Counted from the whole stretch's first letter, positions 1 to 10,180 are shown. The stretch: DNA of 62,071 nt, filler included, from Candidatus Nezhaarchaeota archaeon WYZ-LMO8 (GCA_004347965.1; 5 parts of 5 records of this genome joined end to end with filler, not necessarily neighbours in it), one strand, 5' to 3'. Program-made: numbers and translations. The notes: generated by a model not told the origin, from the sequence alone.

Positions 1-54
1 AGATTTTGTTGAGATTTTGAAAAGCTAAATTAATAGTCTGGTGATAGATGTTAT

Positions 55-786
55 ATGAGCCCCTTGAAGCTTTCTCAAAAGGGTAAATTAGTGTACAGCG
101 AAGAGATACTGGGCAGATTCTACGTATTTAAGGATAGACTACAGGCTGGGGCTCTGCTTGGAGAAGCTTGCCGTCAAATAGTAAAGGAGGTAGACTACGT
201 CTTAGCTGTGCCAATGGGAGGGGTTCCTGTTGGCCTCATGGTTTCAAAGTTTCTAAAGGCTAAGTTTGACATTATAATATGCCGAAAACTCTTGATACCA
301 TGGAATAGAGAAGCTGGTTTTGGAGCTGTGAGCCCTGATGGAAGTTACTTTATAGACCAAGCCTTCGTTAAAAGCCTGGGCTTAAGTGAATACGAAATAA
401 TGGAGACCATAAAGGAGCAGATGGAGGAGATAAGGAAGAGGAACGAGATGTTAAGGCAAGGGAGAGATTACCCATCATTTAATAACCTAAAGATAGTCTT
501 GATTGATGATGGAGTAGCTGCAGGTTACACCATGAAGGCAGCCGTAGACTTCGTTAAATCAAGGGGCGCTAAGGAAACCATCATAGCTGTGCCAACTGGA
601 TGCTTAGAGTCTTTATTAAAACTATCAGATCACGTGGATCTTATAGTTTGTTTGAATATAAGATCAGGTCCTTGGTTTGCAGTTGCAGATGCTTATCAAG
701 AGTGGAAGGATCTAGATTACGAGTACGTCGTGAAGTTAATGAAGGAGTATGAGAGAGAATGTTCGCTTAATGTTAAAAACTTATAA
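55..786 (+). CDS. Type I phosphoribosyltransferase family protein
   Basis: PRPP-binding motif IVLIDDGVAAGYT; N-terminal FKDRLQAG and VPMGGVPVG typical of the COG1926-like PRTases. Confidence 0.85.
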   Translation: MSPLKLSQKGKLVYSEEILGRFYVFKDRLQAGALLGEACRQIVKEVDYVLAVPMGGVPVGLMVSKFLKAKFDIIICRKLLIPWNREAGFGAVSPDGSYFIDQAFVKSLGLSEYEIMETIKEQMEEIRKRNEMLRQGRDYPSFNNLKIVLIDDGVAAGYTMKAAVDFVKSRGAKETIIAVPTGCLESLLKLSDHVDLIVCLNIRSGPWFAVADAYQEWKDLDYEYVVKLMKEYERECSLNVKNL

Positions 787-817
787 GCCTTCGATGTGTG
801 CCTGAGAGAGAGCGAGA

Positions 818-1204
818 TTGTCTGAAAGGAAGATTGAGCCAACAACACTAATAAAAGTCAAGAGCTTAAACGACTTAGCTAGGTTTGCAGCATCTATGTC
901 TACTCTAGGGCAGATGATCTACGTAATACATTTCGAACATGAAGGAAAGCATGTCTACGGGTTATTCGCTGTTTACCATGACTATTATAATCTGTACGGT
1001 CTTCCAATATTTTATTACTACATAAGCAATGAAAAGCTCAACGGTAAATATCTTCTAATTAGGACTGAGGAGAGTAGGGAGTACGTGCTTGTCTCTGAAG
1101 GCTCCAAGCCAGGCTGGGTAGCTATACCAATCATAAGCTTAGATGAGCCTCCACCGTTCACGGCCTTCGCTTATGGACGCAAGCCTTCTAGCTCAAGTAG
1201 CTAG
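818..1204 (+). CDS. Conserved hypothetical (crenarchaeal-type) protein
   Basis: 128-aa ORF in tandem with the PRTase, normal codon usage, no recognisable catalytic motif. Confidence 0.65.
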   Translation: MSERKIEPTTLIKVKSLNDLARFAASMSTLGQMIYVIHFEHEGKHVYGLFAVYHDYYNLYGLPIFYYYISNEKLNGKYLLIRTEESREYVLVSEGSKPGWVAIPIISLDEPPPFTAFAYGRKPSSSSS

Positions 1205-1567
1205 CTTTACGAGAATAGGAGTACCCATTGAGGCCCTCTCTATAGACTCAAGCCCCTTCGTAACCTTACCGATTAAGCTCACGGGTTGAGTTAACTTCGT
1301 ATCTCTTATGAAGAAGGCTATAGCAGATGCCTGAGGCCAGAATGTTATGTCTCCTCTCGAGGCGTGTTCCCTGGGCTTCTCGATATCTAACCTCAAGTCT
1401 ACTTGAAAGTATACTCTATCTGGAAGTCTATAGATCCTGGATCTTATGGGTAGCATTCTGACAATCTTTGATATTGTTAGAGGAGCGTACGTCCTAACAA
1501 GTTCTCCTTCAGCTACATTGATTTCGTTAACGATTATTGCTAACGAATATTTTTCTACTATAGTCAT
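1193..1567 (-). CDS. Cyclophilin-like fold protein (TM1367/DUF369-like)
   Basis: APLT...LPI...VYF...GDITFWPQASAIAFF...PVSLIGKV pattern; 4-nt overlap with cofD stop. Confidence 0.75.
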   Translation of the reverse strand: MTIVEKYSLAIIVNEINVAEGELVRTYAPLTISKIVRMLPIRSRIYRLPDRVYFQVDLRLDIEKPREHASRGDITFWPQASAIAFFIRDTKLTQPVSLIGKVTKGLESIERASMGTPILVKLAT

Positions 1568-2505
1568 GACGAACTACCTAAAGCCAGCTTTAACGTAAAG
1601 GAAGCTAAAGCCTTCTTACTCTCTAAATTCTTCATAATGGTGTTCGTTACTCCAACCCTTATTTTCATGTCCTCTATTAGAGGAGCGTAGACAAAGTCTA
1701 TTTCATCTATAACCATGTACTTTATTAAGCCCCTATATACTTCAGCAACTCCTCTTGGCGAGACCTCGAAGCCTAAAGATGCCATAAGCTTATCAGCTGG
1801 TCCCTTGATGGTCTTGCCGCCAACTATTGGGCTTACAGCTACGACCTTCTCAGCTTTTGCTACAATATCCTTCACACCTTCTATTGAAAGTATGGGCCTG
1901 ATGCTGACTATAGGGTTGCTAGGCGGTATAATTATGACGTCCGCCTCCTCTAACGCCTCGATGACTCCAGGTGCTGGTTTTGCTTTTTCTATTCCCATGA
2001 AGCCTACGCCCTCGACGATTCCTTGACATGCCATCTTGACCATGTAGTCCTGGAAGTGGACCCACTTACCATCGACTTTTATCATAGTTGTTACCTTATC
2101 GTCGGTCATCGGTATTACCTTCGTAGCTACTCCAAAAGCTTTACGCTCAATTTCCGTTACTTCACTTAGTTTGAAGCCCTTCCTCACCAGGTGTGTTCTG
2201 AAAATATGAGTTGCTAAATCCATGTCCCCGAGCTTGAACCAGGTTTCGAGATTCAACTTCTCCATGGCTTTAAGGCAATTAAATGTATCGCCTTTAATCC
2301 CCCATCCTCTTTCCTCGTCAACTATGCCAGCTAAGTGATATATCACTATGTCAATATCTGGCGATATCATTAGACCATTTATCTCAATATCGTCTCCAGT
2401 ATTCACTATAGCTGTAACACTTGAGGGATCAACTACTTGAACTAAACCTTGAAGAAATCTTGCTGCTCCAACTCCACCACAAAGACACGTTACCTTCATT
2501 TCCAT
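1564..2505 (-). CDS. cofD: 2-phospho-L-lactate transferase (F420 biosynthesis)
   Basis: GGVGAARF, VNTGDD, SPDID, WFKLGDMDLATH, PSNPIVSI, KGPADK motifs. Confidence 0.95.
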   Translation of the reverse strand: MEMKVTCLCGGVGAARFLQGLVQVVDPSSVTAIVNTGDDIEINGLMISPDIDIVIYHLAGIVDEERGWGIKGDTFNCLKAMEKLNLETWFKLGDMDLATHIFRTHLVRKGFKLSEVTEIERKAFGVATKVIPMTDDKVTTMIKVDGKWVHFQDYMVKMACQGIVEGVGFMGIEKAKPAPGVIEALEEADVIIIPPSNPIVSIRPILSIEGVKDIVAKAEKVVAVSPIVGGKTIKGPADKLMASLGFEVSPRGVAEVYRGLIKYMVIDEIDFVYAPLIEDMKIRVGVTNTIMKNLESKKALASFTLKLALGSSS

Positions 2506-2725
2506 CGATCCTTCGTGTCACAATAACTTTTAGAGATAATCACCTATCTTAATCTTGTAAATTAAATAATGTGCAAGAGCTCTTGATAAAGCTTCTGTAT
2601 ACTGCATTTTATGGTCCTAGTCTCTTAGAGTTGGTGAGCATCTTGTTGAATGAAACAAGGTCATCCTTAAACGTCTTAAAATCTTAATAACTCTTAAAGG
2701 GCTTACACTCAGTGGTGTATAGCTT

Positions 2726-3931
2726 TTGAACTCTCGTTACCATCTAGAGTCTCATACAATCGAGATGCCCAAGGTAATTATTGGAATGCACGCTATTGAG
2801 AAGTTAAGGAATGTAGTGACGTGCTTTGGTAGAAGAGCCTTGATAGTTACTGGAAGAAGCGCGATGGAATCTGGTAGAGTTAAGATCATAGAGGATAAGC
2901 TTAAAGAAGCTGATGTTGACTACGTGATTTATAGCAACGTTAATCCTGAGCCTACTGTAAGTCAGGCTGAAGAACTGGCTAAATACATCAACAAGATAGT
3001 AGAGGGCCCTAACAAGATAGACCTTGTAATAGGCTTTGGAGGCGGTAGCAGCTTAGACATGGCTAAGGTAGCTTCGTTAGCATCAGCAAACCCCAAGCCC
3101 ATAAGGCAGTACATAGGCGTCGAAAAGGTCTCAAGAAAAGGCATTCCACTAATACTTGTACCAACGACTGCCGGTAGTGGTAGTGAGGTCTCCAAGTCGA
3201 TAGTCTTAGCCATAGAGAAGGAGGAGATAAAGGATGCAATAGTGAGCGAAAATGTGATGGCCGACGTGGCTATGGTTGATCCCTATTTAACCACGACTAT
3301 GAACCCTAAGCTCACAGCCATAACTGGAATAGATGCTTTATCCCATGCAATTGAAGCGTATATGTCGCTTAGTGCCAATGGCTTCACGGACCCTCTTGCC
3401 TTAAAGGCCATAAGCCTGGTATCCACGAACTTGCGGAAAGCCTATAGTAATGGAAGTGACATTGAAGCTAGGAAAGCGATGAGCGAAGCTGCCATGCTAG
3501 CTGGACTAGCCTTCAGTAATGCTGGTAACTGTGCTGGTCATGCAGCAGCTTACGCGTTTGCTGTAAAATACAAGGTTCCGCATGGCATGGCTTGTGGCAT
3601 CTCTCTTCCATACGTAATGAAGTTTAACATGCTCGCGATACCTGAAAGGCTTGCTGATGTAGCTGTAGCAATGGGTATTAGAAGTGAAGGACTAAGTATG
3701 AGAGAGCTTGCTCAATTAGCAGTAGCAGAAGTCATAGACTTACTAATGGATCTAGACCTACCTACAACGCTTGAGGAAGTAGGCGTACCAGAAGAGGATG
3801 TTGTTAAACTTTCAGAAAAAATGCTCAAGATTACTAGGTTAATAGAACTAAATCCTAGAAGAATAGGGCCTGAGGAAGCTAGAAAAATCTTTAAAATCAT
3901 GTGGCATGGGGATGTAGAAACAAAAATATGA
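2726..3931 (+). CDS. Iron-containing alcohol dehydrogenase
   Basis: GFGGGSSLD, PTTAGSGSE, DALSHAIE and GH...HG metal ligands. Confidence 0.92.
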   Translation: MNSRYHLESHTIEMPKVIIGMHAIEKLRNVVTCFGRRALIVTGRSAMESGRVKIIEDKLKEADVDYVIYSNVNPEPTVSQAEELAKYINKIVEGPNKIDLVIGFGGGSSLDMAKVASLASANPKPIRQYIGVEKVSRKGIPLILVPTTAGSGSEVSKSIVLAIEKEEIKDAIVSENVMADVAMVDPYLTTTMNPKLTAITGIDALSHAIEAYMSLSANGFTDPLALKAISLVSTNLRKAYSNGSDIEARKAMSEAAMLAGLAFSNAGNCAGHAAAYAFAVKYKVPHGMACGISLPYVMKFNMLAIPERLADVAVAMGIRSEGLSMRELAQLAVAEVIDLLMDLDLPTTLEEVGVPEEDVVKLSEKMLKITRLIELNPRRIGPEEARKIFKIMWHGDVETKI

Positions 3932-3946
3932 ATGGTGATTGAAGGT

Positions 3947-4660
3947 TTAGTACTCCACTTCTTCCTCCTTCTCTACTCTTGCTTTCTCTTCTCTCAACTC
4001 GCTTTCAATTAACACCTCAATGCCCTTAATAGCTCTTTCAGCCTCAGAAAGCTCAACGTTCCTAGCAGACCTCACCAAATCAGTTATGTTGTTGGAGATA
4101 ACTTCGTCAACACTCCCCCCATTTAAAGGCAACTTGCTCTTGTCAATCACCACTGGCGTAGGCTCTAGCACAGCTCCACGCACTATAGCAATCTCGTTGT
4201 TGACAGTGGTTACAGCTAGTGCTCCAACAACTTTGTCGTCCACCTTGACTCTGAAGAGGTGATCACCAATTGTAGTTACAACAGCCTTCTCTACTTTGTA
4301 AGCTATAACTCTCTCAAGGACTTTCTCTATCTCAGCTACCGTTTCTTTCACTACTCTGCGAACATCTTCGTCCGGGAGCCTCTTAAATACTTCAAGCTGA
4401 AGAGTATCGTACTTCCAAGTGAGCTTTCCATCCTCAATTTCGTATTCTATCCTCGCTCTGACGACATCTCCCTTATCAGACTTAAGTCTCTCAACCAGTA
4501 TGTGATAGAGAGCTCTATTTAGTTCAGCTATAGCCCTAGCAACTTCCTGAGAAGAGACATCTCCTCTCTTCACGTATTCTCGTAACTGAGCAAACAAGGT
4601 CTTCCTAACTTTATCAGCATAAGCGCCAGCTATTATGAAGCCAGTACTTAGAAGTGCCAT
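3947..4660 (-). CDS. DUF2258 / ThermoDBP-related single-stranded nucleic-acid-binding protein
   Basis: N-terminal LSTGFIIAGAYADKVRKTLFAQ and KGDVVRARIEYEIEDG signature, recognised from memory of the family. Confidence 0.8.
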   Translation of the reverse strand: MALLSTGFIIAGAYADKVRKTLFAQLREYVKRGDVSSQEVARAIAELNRALYHILVERLKSDKGDVVRARIEYEIEDGKLTWKYDTLQLEVFKRLPDEDVRRVVKETVAEIEKVLERVIAYKVEKAVVTTIGDHLFRVKVDDKVVGALAVTTVNNEIAIVRGAVLEPTPVVIDKSKLPLNGGSVDEVISNNITDLVRSARNVELSEAERAIKGIEVLIESELREEKARVEKEEEVEY

Positions 4661-4781
4661 AGCCTTCCACCATTAGATATTAATGTGCGTGTAGGAAAAA
4701 AATCTGTCGAACATATTCTAGACAATTAGACTCCACTTACTGAAATAAGGGCTTAATTTAAAATAAAAACTGTGAGGAAAG

Positions 4782-5507
4782 TTGCAGTCGCTGAATGCTA
4801 AGAGATTTGTAAAAAGGCGAGAAAAATCTTTAATGCTCACAGCGCACTACACTACCAAGCTTCAGTTCACGTTGGTGGAAGCATTGTACAAAGTATCTAC
4901 CATGCCCAAGAGGGAGCTCATGGAGCTAGTGATTTCGTGGCTAGTAATAAGTCTATGTTTCTCAGCGCGAGGTATCACGGAGCTCTTCTCTATTCCAGAG
5001 CTCTTCTTCATGATCTTCTTCGCATCACTCATTAGTGTAGGTCTAGGCTTCTTGTTGCATGAGCTGATGCATAGGACGATCGCTAGGAGGTTTGGTTGCT
5101 TTGCTGAATACAGAATGTGGCCTTGGGGGTTGATGTTAGCACTTATTCTAGCTTTTGCTTCAAAGGGAAGCATCATCTTCGCTGCTCCAGGAGCCGTCTA
5201 CATAACTCCTATAGCTCTCACATCGTACATCTCAGTCAAGCATGTACGGAGAGCTTATGGACTGATATCTCTATCGGGACCTGTTGCAAACCTACTTTTA
5301 GCCCTCATATTCTACTTCACGTTAAAGTTGCCGATTAATTGGTTGATAGGATTCGTAGCTGAAATGGGCTTTAGGGTCAATGTATGGCTTGCTGCCTTCA
5401 ACTTAATTCCAGTACCACCACTCGATGGATTTAATGTTGTCAAATGGAACTTAATGATATGGTGTCTAGTAGCAATCCCCACGTGGGCAATCATAATACT
5501 TTCATGA
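4782..5507 (+). CDS. Site-2 protease (peptidase M50), intramembrane Zn metalloprotease
   Basis: HELMH and NLIPVPPLDG motifs with TM helices; true start probably TTG at 4884 after GGTGG. Confidence 0.9.
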   Translation: MQSLNAKRFVKRREKSLMLTAHYTTKLQFTLVEALYKVSTMPKRELMELVISWLVISLCFSARGITELFSIPELFFMIFFASLISVGLGFLLHELMHRTIARRFGCFAEYRMWPWGLMLALILAFASKGSIIFAAPGAVYITPIALTSYISVKHVRRAYGLISLSGPVANLLLALIFYFTLKLPINWLIGFVAEMGFRVNVWLAAFNLIPVPPLDGFNVVKWNLMIWCLVAIPTWAIIILS

Positions 5508-5670
5508 ATTTTAACTTTAATTTCTTAGGAATTACGTAGTTAATCAGCTGAGCGTATAAAAACTCACTAAGATACTTGGAGCATGAGTCTACTTAAGCTT
5601 TTAACTGTATGTAGAATGCTGGCAGTGACCTCATGATCCTATAGTTATTGACAGCATTACGCCTAGACAG

Positions 5671-6489
5671 CTACAAGTCAAAAGAGCCGGTTCTATAGCC
5701 CTCCACATCAATGGTCACGAATTTGAAACCCAACTTCTTCAACTCATTTGCTATGAAGTCTAGCACGGTCTCATCAAAGAAAAGTCTTCTTTCATCACGA
5801 CTAACTTCTATTCTAGCTAATTCTCCATGATCTCTAACGCGGATAACTCTTAACCTCAAGCTTTCTTTTATTATTTTTTCAGCAAGACCTATTCGAGTAA
5901 GCTTTTCGAGAGTCACTTCACTTCCATAAGGTATTCTAGTCATTAAACACGAGTTAGGAGGCTTATCGTAGAATGGAAGGTTTAAGAACCTCACTATTTC
6001 TCGCACGTGATCCTTCGTTAAGCCAACTTCAAGTAGAGGGCTGTAGACCCCCTCTTCAATTAGTGCCCGAAGTCCAGGTCTATACTCTAATGTATCGCTC
6101 TTACTCGTACCATCAACAACAACGTGTATACCTCTTTGAGAGGCTAACTCCTTAAGTCTCTTAAATCGGAACTTCTTGCATAAGTAGCATCGATTTCTAG
6201 GGTTACTGGAAAAGCCGGGTATCTCAAGCTCGTTCAGCTCTATTATTTCGTATCTCATACCAATTAGCTTAGCTATTTTGATAGCTTCTTCGAGCTCACC
6301 AGGTGGTAAGAGTGGGGATTTTATGGTAACTGCTAGAGATCTATCACCGAGAGCTAAGTGAGCTAGATAGGCTACAAGAGAGCTATCAACACCTCCTGAG
6401 AAGGCCACTAGTACGCAATCTTTACTTCTAAGCCTGCTAATAAGCTCTTCAACTATGATTTTCAAATCTCGTAACAAGGTGTTCAACAC
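5671..6489 (-). CDS. larE: ATP-dependent sacrificial sulfur transferase LarE (PP-loop)
   Basis: AFSGGVDSS PP-loop, RCYLCK, RPG, SCLMTRIPYG, RVRDHG, GYRTGS. Confidence 0.9.
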   Translation of the reverse strand: MLNTLLRDLKIIVEELISRLRSKDCVLVAFSGGVDSSLVAYLAHLALGDRSLAVTIKSPLLPPGELEEAIKIAKLIGMRYEIIELNELEIPGFSSNPRNRCYLCKKFRFKRLKELASQRGIHVVVDGTSKSDTLEYRPGLRALIEEGVYSPLLEVGLTKDHVREIVRFLNLPFYDKPPNSCLMTRIPYGSEVTLEKLTRIGLAEKIIKESLRLRVIRVRDHGELARIEVSRDERRLFFDETVLDFIANELKKLGFKFVTIDVEGYRTGSFDL

Positions 6490-6728
6490 CCTCCAACTTT
6501 TATTCTAGTTTTTCACCCCTAATCTTCCATTTTCAAACAAAATATTTAGTACTAAAATGAGCAAGAACTAACCAACTAGAAGCTAGTAGGCATCACCTTT
6601 TGGCAAGCTAAAATACTTGCATTGAGGTACGGTTTATGCTAATAACTGCTATTAACGTTGATTCCGATATACAACTCGAAAGACTTATATTATTTTGAAG
6701 AAGATAAACCTCAATACGAGGGGCGATT

Positions 6729-7004
6729 ATGTCTACTTCTGAGGTTGAAAAGAAGATTGATGAGTGCATTGCTGAGTTAAGCCGATTTAAGGCCATATCA
6801 CCTGAGGCAAGGGCTGCCATAGAGAACTTAGAAAGATTGAAGGAGCAGATAAAGAGCTTAACTAAGCAAACCGCTGATGAGCTTATAAAGCTGTTGGATG
6901 AGCAATACAAGAGAAGCGCAGCTTACGCAAGCTTTATCCCCAAGACTGTAGCAAACTTAAAGTTCATTAAGGAGTGGCTTGAGAAAAAGAGGGCTGAGCT
7001 ATAA
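6729..7004 (+). CDS. Small alpha-helical hypothetical protein
   Basis: 91-aa charged helical ORF with GGGG RBS-like element and upstream TATA-like ttatatta. Confidence 0.65.
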   Translation: MSTSEVEKKIDECIAELSRFKAISPEARAAIENLERLKEQIKSLTKQTADELIKLLDEQYKRSAAYASFIPKTVANLKFIKEWLEKKRAEL

Positions 7005-7132
7005 AGACAATACATCGCTTGAAGCTTCAGATAACTTTCATTTTCTTTATAAGCTTTGTAGAAGCTTAAGTAGCCAAAAATTTAAGGGATTCGCAAAAGT
7101 CTTTGCTTTACAATTTTACGACTGCGAAGGAG

Positions 7133-8428
7133 CTAAATGATCAATAAATCACCGTTCTTTGGTCCCATAGCCTCAATACCTCTGCTCCTCAGTTCTTCTT
7201 CTAATGTCACTATTGCTCGCTCCTCTCCATGAACCAATACAACTTTAGTCCTTCCCCCTGAGAAGTCGACTATCTTGGTTATGAAGTCCAGTAGCTCATT
7301 TTTGCCGGCGTGAGATGAGAAGTCGAACCACCTTACGTCGCACTTTACCTTCTCTGACCCCGGATCTAGCTTACCATACTTGAGTAAGTAGTCACCAGGA
7401 GTATTCGGTATTTGGTAGCTGACTAGAAATATTGCGCCATTCCCCCTCTCAGCGAGGTATCTTGCATATAAGGTTGAGGGCCCGCCCTTCAGCATACCTG
7501 AAGGGCTTATGACTACGCCACCGGTCTTCAAAATCTTCTTCCTATCCTTTGGTCCTCTGACGAACTTTGCTCTCTTAAGAGCTTTCTCGTAAAACTCTCC
7601 ATCCCTCAAAAACTCCTTAAAATTCAGTAATTCAAGAGACACTTGCTTAGCCATCCCATCCACGTATATCTCTAAGCCATTCAAATACTTGTAAAGTACG
7701 TGTAGAATCTCTTGGGCCCTACCATAAGCAAAAGCTGGTATTAGCACAAGACCTCCATCTTCAACGTGGTTCGCTACTGATTCAACAAAATTCTTCTCAG
7801 TAAGTCTCCTATCCTCATGCTGTCTGTCGCCGTATGTGGACTCCATAACAACCAAGTCGATGGGACATTCAGACAGCATTTCATTCATGTCCACTGGATT
7901 TACCAACCTAGTCTCAATAGTGTTGAAGTCCCCTGTATAAAGGATCTTGATCTTCTCTTCCTTGGATTCTAATAGGAACATGCAGCTCCCGGGCACGTGG
8001 CCAGCATTCAATGCTTTAACGGTAATCCCTTCAAGCTCTAACTCTTCTTTGTAGTGTAGTGGCGAACTACCGTTTATGGCTTTGTAAAGCTCTTCGACCT
8101 CATATGGTAGAAAGTTTCCTGAGAGCTTCATCATATCTAGGATTAAGTACTCTAAGATCTCAACATTAAGCTTAGTTGTATAAGCAGGAGGGGAAATCCT
8201 TGACGAAAACAGAAGTGGCAGTAATCCAGAATGATCTAAGTGAGGGTGAGTTAGTAATACTGCATCAATTGAATTGGGGCTTATATGTAATGGAAATAGT
8301 GGTACATCATTTAGTAGCACGCCATAGTCAAGTAAGAAACTCTTATTTTCTATGTTTAGCAAGTAGGCTGATCTACCTACTTCCCTGCAACCTCCTAAGC
8401 AAAGTAGCTTTGCACGTCCCATAATCAA
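7133..8428 (-). CDS. MBL-fold beta-CASP ribonuclease (aCPSF2-like, no KH domain)
   Basis: GGCREVGRS, THPHLDHSG, AGHVPGS, YTGDF, MESTYG, FSSHAG, VHGE. Confidence 0.9.
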   Translation of the reverse strand: MIMGRAKLLCLGGCREVGRSAYLLNIENKSFLLDYGVLLNDVPLFPLHISPNSIDAVLLTHPHLDHSGLLPLLFSSRISPPAYTTKLNVEILEYLILDMMKLSGNFLPYEVEELYKAINGSSPLHYKEELELEGITVKALNAGHVPGSCMFLLESKEEKIKILYTGDFNTIETRLVNPVDMNEMLSECPIDLVVMESTYGDRQHEDRRLTEKNFVESVANHVEDGGLVLIPAFAYGRAQEILHVLYKYLNGLEIYVDGMAKQVSLELLNFKEFLRDGEFYEKALKRAKFVRGPKDRKKILKTGGVVISPSGMLKGGPSTLYARYLAERGNGAIFLVSYQIPNTPGDYLLKYGKLDPGSEKVKCDVRWFDFSSHAGKNELLDFITKIVDFSGGRTKVVLVHGEERAIVTLEEELRSRGIEAMGPKNGDLLII

Positions 8429-8543
8429 ACAGCTGCCTACGCATGATTATTTTACTTACCTTTAAGGATTTCTCCTACCTTGCCCTACATTAACAACAAG
8501 ATTATTAAAGTGCATCTGCTATCAAAGACCTAGGGTAATAAAA

Positions 8544-9083
8544 GTGTCACACCCCTACATTAAGATAGCTCGTGGAGGAAAGGTAAAGGTAGCTTGCATT
8601 AGATGCGGAAGATGTTGTCATGGACCGAACGTCAGCTTAACAGCTTTCGATGTATGCAGAATTGCTAGGTTCATGGGGCTTCATTGGCGGGATTTAAGGG
8701 GTAGATACGTAAAAGCCATAATAGCTGATATGATAGCAATACCAGTTCTTCAAAGTGTGAACGGCATATGCGTTTTTCTAGAGGTTAATGAAAGGCCCAC
8801 GTGTACTGTATATCCTGCTAGACCCATGAAGTGTAGGCTCTACCCATTCCTTCCATGTAGTCCAAGTCAAGTAGACGTCATCTATCTTGACGAATGTTGC
8901 AAAGGCATTGGAACAGGAGAACTTGCAGAGCCTCCATGGAATCTTTTAGAGCAATACTGCTCTGAATTAAGGATCCACTATATTAGGCTTTACCAATTAG
9001 TCTTCGAGAAAGGTTATGAACCTCTTCAAGCCTTAGAGAGACTTATTGACGATGCCTACATGGAGGTATCTACATCTCCGTAA
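8544..9083 (+). CDS. YkgJ/UPF0153 cysteine-cluster protein
   Basis: CIRCGRCC, CVFL, CTVYPARPMKCRLYPF. Confidence 0.88.
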   Translation: MSHPYIKIARGGKVKVACIRCGRCCHGPNVSLTAFDVCRIARFMGLHWRDLRGRYVKAIIADMIAIPVLQSVNGICVFLEVNERPTCTVYPARPMKCRLYPFLPCSPSQVDVIYLDECCKGIGTGELAEPPWNLLEQYCSELRIHYIRLYQLVFEKGYEPLQALERLIDDAYMEVSTSP

Positions 9084-9131
9084 ACCATATGATCGATGTA
9101 CTTCGTGGTTGGGAAGGGTCGAGTTAGAATT

Positions 9132-9617
9132 TTAATCGACCTTTATGTCGTACCATTTCCTACGCTTCTTGTTCTCACCTTCGTCCTCAATTTTCACCTC
9201 GTAAATTCTCGGTTTCTTTGAGTCTAACTCTATAATCTCCGCTCCTCGCGGTCTTCTTGTTTGCTTGAGATCGCTTTGCTCTTCAATAGAGACCTCTCTT
9301 ACATGACTCTCTTCTATCGGTTTTATGTGAGACCTATAACTCTCACCTTCCCAGACGATCTTGGCGTTAGGATACTTCTCTTTAATGTGTCTCTCTATTT
9401 GGCTCCTATCAACACCCCCTTGAGCGGAAACTTTGACTATAGGCCTTCCGTAATTATCGTAAGTTACAGTTATAGAGTACATGGTTGAAGAGCTTTGCTT
9501 GAAACTTTCTAAACCACTTGTATCTTCATGTTCCTCAAACAGTTTCTTAAATCTCTCAAACATCTCATTTATTTCGTCAAAGAAGCTTTTACGACGAGTC
9601 ATAGCTACTTCATTCAC
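9132..9617 (-). CDS. Hypothetical protein resembling the N-terminal region of archaeal Hsp20
   Basis: RRKSFFDEINEMFERF...YSITVTYDNYGRPIV; no alpha-crystallin domain seen. Confidence 0.55.
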   Translation of the reverse strand: MNEVAMTRRKSFFDEINEMFERFKKLFEEHEDTSGLESFKQSSSTMYSITVTYDNYGRPIVKVSAQGGVDRSQIERHIKEKYPNAKIVWEGESYRSHIKPIEESHVREVSIEEQSDLKQTRRPRGAEIIELDSKKPRIYEVKIEDEGENKKRRKWYDIKVD

Positions 9618-9771
9618 TTTAACATCTCTAAGGGTTAAATAAGCATTCTGACATCGTTTAACCGTTAGATTGAAGCATCATACTAGAAAGCGGAAAGTTA
9701 AAATTTTAGTTCAGCTTTGTTGGCTACAGCTAGAAAACTCCTTAACGCAAAGGGGTTAATAGGACCGTTAA

Positions 9772-10110
9772 ATGTATTTAGGTGATGCACTTAATCAATT
9801 GGGGTTTCGAGTCTTGGAATTCTGCGAGAAATGCGGAGGCTTAATGAGGCCAATTAAGAAGGATGGAGAAAGCTACTTAGTCTGTAAGCGATGCAATTTT
9901 TCTAAGCCACTTAGCAGTAAGGTCTCCTCTTACTCCTCAAAGAGGGTTATAGAGGAGACGAAACATGGGAGAATTGGGATTATTGAGGATAAAGCTGAGC
10001 TTAGAAGGAAACTAAGAGAAGAGGAAAAAGAGCTGGAAGAGGAGAGGAGGAGGGAGCTTATGGATCTACTGAATAGAGAGATAGAAGAAACTGAAGGCTC
10101 AGAAGAATAG
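9772..10110 (+). CDS. TFS/RpoM-like protein with N-terminal zinc ribbon only and acidic tail
   Basis: FCEKCGGLM...LVCKRC ribbon; likely start TTG 9814; no QTRSADE C-ribbon. Confidence 0.75.
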   Translation: MYLGDALNQLGFRVLEFCEKCGGLMRPIKKDGESYLVCKRCNFSKPLSSKVSSYSSKRVIEETKHGRIGIIEDKAELRRKLREEEKELEEERRRELMDLLNREIEETEGSEE

Positions 10111-10180
10111 CTCCTAGTATCCTTCATGAAGGAGCTTTAAAGTGACTCCATCTAGTCGACAATTAAAGAGGGTCCACGAA

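Noticed and set aside
4774..4794. GAGGAAAGT resembling the RNase P RNA conserved region, and GTGAGGA-N12-CTGA resembling half a C/D sRNA
   Set aside because: AT-rich context with no GC helices or downstream RNase P elements, and no second C/D box pair
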